Source: Azolla caroliniana
Lineage: Eukaryota > Plantae > Polypodiophyta
Length of the DNA: 64,000 nt
Assembly (NCBI GenBank): GCA_043228905.1
Contig: JBHGNT010000001.1
Coordinates: 7,936,001-8,000,000, forward strand
Reading direction: 5' to 3'
Below are positions 59,901 to 64,000 of the stretch, piece after piece; position 1 is the first letter of the stretch; each line of letters starts with the position of its first letter. The translations under genes and the position numbers were made by a program. The notes beneath the pieces were generated by a model that saw nothing but the letters and a program-made list of their open reading frames with translations, was not told the origin of the DNA and ran no database searches.

Positions 59901-62900
59901 GAGTGAATTTGCCAGCACACACTGTTGTTATCAAGGTATGATTATACGAGAACTGTTTATATGCATAGTCATATTTCCTATACACATAAAGAACCTTTTA
60001 TGTCGAGTTTGACCTGCTACATCAATTTTATCTTCTATCTCACTGACCTTTAAGTTAATCTGGTGTTTCAAATTTGATTTTCTGGTTGAATAGGGAACAC
60101 AGCTGTATGATCCAAAAGCTGGAGGCTGGCGTGAACTAGGAATGCTTGATGTTATGCAGGTGATCTTCATGAAAACAATGGTTCTAATTTTGGATAGAGC
60201 TTCAATTCCCCAGTTTGACAAGTCTAATAGTTGTTTGATGCAGATATTTGGACGAGCAGGTAGACCCCAATTTGATAAAAGTGGAGAAGGAATCATCATC
60301 ACAACGCATGATAAGCTTGCATACTATCTCAGGCTTCTTACCCATCAATTACCCATTGAGAGCCAGGTCTTAGCTCACAATTCTGGTTAAAACCTATGAG
60401 ATTTTCCATTCTCCTTCTTCATTACTGTATTAAACACAGCCCTTGTGATTCTGCAGTTTGTAAGCTCTTTGAAGGATAATTTAAATGCAGAAGTTGTATT
60501 AGGTACCGTGACAAATGTAAAGGAGGGTTGTGCTTGGCTTGGGTATACATATTTGTTTGTGAGAATGTCTTCAAATCCCCTTGCATATGGGATGACTTGG
60601 AATGAGGTATGAAATGTGGACTTTACTTCTATATGTAATGCACAGGCATTGTAAGCTTTGTTCGTAAAGAATGAAAATATCATGTGACTATGCATGGGTA
60701 GACATCCCCATAAACTTATGTATCTGAAAAGTTATTTATTTGTTTCCAGGTTCTTAATGATCCTAATCTGACAGCGAGAAGAAAGGCTCTTATTACTGAT
60801 GCTGCACGTGCTCTGGATAAAGCTAAGATGATGGCATTTGATGAGAAAAGTGGGAACTTGTATGTAACTGATCTTGGACGTGTTGCGAGTCACTATTATA
60901 TTCAGTACACAAGTGTGGAGACATACAACAACATGCTGAAACAGCATATGAATGAGAGTGATGTAGAGTCTTATTCAAATTTACTGATATTTTTGTCATG
61001 TTTACAAAGCTTGAATTTCTGAAAATTTGGTCATTTGGTAATCATCAGCTTATTGATCTTGTCGCACACTCCTCCGAGTTTGAGAATATAATGGTAAGAG
61101 AGGAAGAACAAGAGGAGCTACAAAGGCTTCGCCATGAAGCTTGTCCTTTAGAGGTTCGTCGTGGACCTGAGGACAAGATTGGAAAGATTAGCATTCTCAT
61201 TCAGGTTTGGCTTGCTAACCAAATAGTCATATGTGGTTCTTTCTTGGTGGAGGTTCAGTGGACTCCATCCTTATTTTTTTAAATATCAATCCTTCATAGG
61301 TCTTTGATAAAGAAAACAAGTTACATGCTAATTTCATGTCATAAAAATGACGTGAAAATGGTGATGTCGTGCACTTGAACAAAGAACTTATCTCATTGTT
61401 GGAATTCAAAGAAAAATGCCATTTATCATAAAAATAATTATTGGTTTTGTCCAGTAGAAAACTAGGGTTATGATGCTTTGGATGGAAATCTTGGCCATAC
61501 CTTGTTATATAGGGAAGCTACATAGCTTAGGTACAATTGAATTTTGTTCTATTTTACCAGACATTCTGTAAGATTAACAGGCTGCAACCTTTGGTCTTGA
61601 AGAACACTTCTATTTTTCGAACATGGAATTTATTTCATTTCTTGGCGAACATGTTAATTCTCACGTCCCATGGTTGTTTCAACTTGTATGCACCATTCTG
61701 TAGCTTCCAGACTTTGTGTTTCTCATCAAATACTCAGTCAGTGGGTGCACGATTACATCTCCTGCAGTGTCTCTTCATGACTATTAATGCACGATTATCG
61801 TCCCTTTGCTCAGGAGATTTGTTGGAAAATCTCTTTGAGATCTTATGTCACACTCATCCTTCCAAAAGCTCCATTTATCTCTTCTTTATCTCAATATTAG
61901 AAAATTATTTAATTGCTAGAGGACTGGAATGGTAGCTGCCTTGCACAGTTGATATATCGTGTGGAAGGAATGCCCTGGTTACATGTAACACCATAGACCA
62001 AGGTGTCAATCTATTTGACGAGGGGGTTTCATCAGGGTTAGGTATGCAATGAAAACCTAATGGAGGATGAATATCACTTATTGCATGCTCAGCGTATAAG
62101 GTAATTCACAAGAAATATGATGACATGTTAGACGGGCATGATAATGTAAGTGTCATACTCAAATGTCCACCAAGAAGGATGAATATCACATACCTATCGC
62201 ATACTCAGCGTATAAGGTAACTCACTGATGATGTGCTAGATGGGCATGATAATGTAAGTGTCATACTCAAATATACGTGCATTATTTTCACAGAGTTTTT
62301 ACTACAGAGTAGTAACCCCTGTTCTTAGGAAGGAGTCGCATATGAGATGATATGTTGATTTGGTCCCGTAGGTGAAAATTGGCCTCATCATGGAGGATAA
62401 AACATCTGTTCTATTCTATTCTATTCTATTCTATTCTATCAGACGAGATATTCATATCATCACCATAGGAAAGTGTATAGGTATCCTGGATAAGCTCCCT
62501 TCTGAGGAGAGGATGCCTATCACTATTCATAGAATGTTACCTTCGGTATAGTTTCTAATATTCCATATGGTGCAATTGGGAAGTCACTATTGCATTGCTT
62601 GGTAGAGCCAGCAGAGTCAAGTGGAGCATAAGGAAGAATGAACATTCCTCCACAGTAGCAGAATCTTGGGAGCACATGCCCCTGATTGGGCTCAGTATGC
62701 AAGTTACTATAGCTATAACACGTCTATATACTAGTTTTGTACAATCATCATGAGTAGGGTACCTGCCAATTCTGATGTTTTTGGTACTAGTTGATATACA
62801 CCCTGTTTGTAAAAAAGATAATTGAAAATGAACACTTTTGTTAGCACATGAATAAAAAATATTTTTTTGGACTTCTCAGCAGTATTCACAATTTTGAATT

Positions 62901-64000
62901 GGAAACATGTCTCCTAAAGAAGCCTTAGAAACTGAGTATTATTTAAGCATAGTTGCTGCGGTGAAACTTAAAGCGTTGTTGATATTTTCCAGGTTTATAT
63001 TTCACGGGCATTCATAGAAGGATTCTCGCTCATTGCAGACAGTGCCTATATCAGTTCTAGTTTGGGCAGGATTATGCGTGCTCTGTTTGAAATCTGCTTA
63101 CGTAGAGGGTGGTGTTCCATGACAGCCTTGCTGCTCGAGTATTGCAAAGCAGTAGATCATCAGATCTGGCCACATCAACACCCCCTTAGGCAATTTGATA
63201 GAGAGCTATCTCCAGAGGTTTGTGGTTGTCTTTAACCTGCATAGATGGTTTGTGCAGACATTATGATCTTTAGCAGTACCACTGCTGTAATGAATTATAT
63301 TTATCAGCTACTGAGGAAGCTTGAAGATAAAGGAGGTGACCTTGAGCACCTATATGACATGAATGAGAAGGAAATTGGTTTATTTCTTCGCTATCCCCAT
63401 GGAGGCAAGGTAAGCAGGTTTGAATGCGTACAAGTTTTTGTTAGTAACTTGCTTGTTAACGGTTTTGTTTTGCAGCTAGTTACACAATGTTTGTCTTGCT
63501 TTCCAAGAGTTCATCTCTCAGCTAACATCAGCCCAATTACAAGATCTGTACTTCAAGTAAGTTTTGTAACTGGAAATGTGGCAGATGTTATAATTTGGAG
63601 TGAAACCTCAATGTGTAGTCCATGACAATTCCTATGATTTTAATATCTTTTCCACAATGTTTGCGTCAGGTTGTTCTGACATTGACACCGGATTTTGTTT
63701 GGAAGGAGCGATGGCATGGTACCAGTGAAAGATGGTGGATATGGGTGGAAGTAAGCGATAGTGTACCAATACACCAACAGATGACTTGATAATGGAATAG
63801 ACACAAACACACTTTAGATAGACATGCATGCACAGGGAATCACTCATGTATATTCAAGCACTGCTTCATGAGTATGCTGCTCTGATTTTCATTTCATGTT
63901 CAGGATTCAGAAAATGAACGCATTTACCATTCAGAGCAGTTCAATATGTCCAAGAAATCTGTTAGCGAAGGAAGTCAAGCCGTAACATTCACGATACCAA
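50901..64000 (+). CDS. ASCC3: ASCC3/Slh1-type Ski2-like DExH RNA helicase (DExH14-like), 3'-incomplete in window
   Basis: GT-AG exons: 50901-51221, 53981-54046, 54264-54368, 54509-54814, 56139-56255, 56494-56553 (APTGAGKT), 57064-57135, 57208-57324, 57401-57562 (DEVH), 57657-57722 (SAT), 57931-58083, 58206-58289, 59449-59523, 59650-59781 (HHAG), 59870-59935, 60094-60159, 60244-60366 (GRAGR), 60457-60606, 60750-60962, 61049-61204, 62993-63217, 63308-63409, 63476-63556, 63670-63750, 63904->64000. The joined frame is open. [11 protein letters not shown] and [11 protein letters not shown] favour ASCC3 over BRR2. Confidence 0.93.
53341..53670. repeat. Diverged ~202-bp tandem duplication in helicase intron 1
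   Basis: AGTCCATGTTGGA...TATTTATTTGGGGTGG at 53341 and 53543. Confidence 0.8.
62064..62272. repeat. Diverged ~110-bp tandem duplication in a helicase intron
   Basis: GGATGAATATCAC..CTCAGCGTATAAGGTAA..GGGCATGATAATGTAAGTGTCATACTCAAAT occurs twice. Confidence 0.85.

Noticed and set aside
50901-64000. BRR2 (U5 snRNP 200 kDa helicase) assignment
   Set aside because: N-terminal and motif VI context ([33 protein letters not shown]) fit the ASCC3/Slh1 paralogue better, from recollection. A phylogeny would settle it.

Overview
Eukaryotic nuclear DNA from a land plant, most likely a non-seed plant such as a fern or lycophyte (inferred from a microbial-type terpene synthase gene plus plant-style GT-AG introns). 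It is not prokaryotic, and I found no CRISPR array or rRNA. Four host genes are supported: an intronless microbial terpene synthase-like gene (MTPSL, ~14057-15364), an intronless PADRE/DUF4228 gene (27449-28366), a plant calmodulin-binding-domain gene (minus strand, 29819-31954) and the 5' part of an ASCC3/Slh1-type DExH helicase (25 exons from 50901, running off the window). The rest is transposon-rich. It holds a deleted Ty1/copia end with its 3' LTR, two full-length decayed L1-type LINEs (A 2068-9251, B 40438-47851) and a young 5'-truncated LINE (C 9474-12930). It also holds several LINE tails, TG..CA solo-LTR-like elements (two with tRNA-like modules) and a hAT MITE. The most unusual signals are: a cryptic conserved coding segment at the 5' ends of LINE-A and LINE-B, separated from ORF1 by an intron-like spacer; ATGA ORF1/ORF2 overlaps; a shared U-tract-GG-poly(A) LINE terminus; splice-signal-bearing 163-bp repeats in the LINE-C 3' UTR; and 24 of 24 phase-0 introns in the helicase. 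All calls come from reading the sequence by eye; no searches were run.
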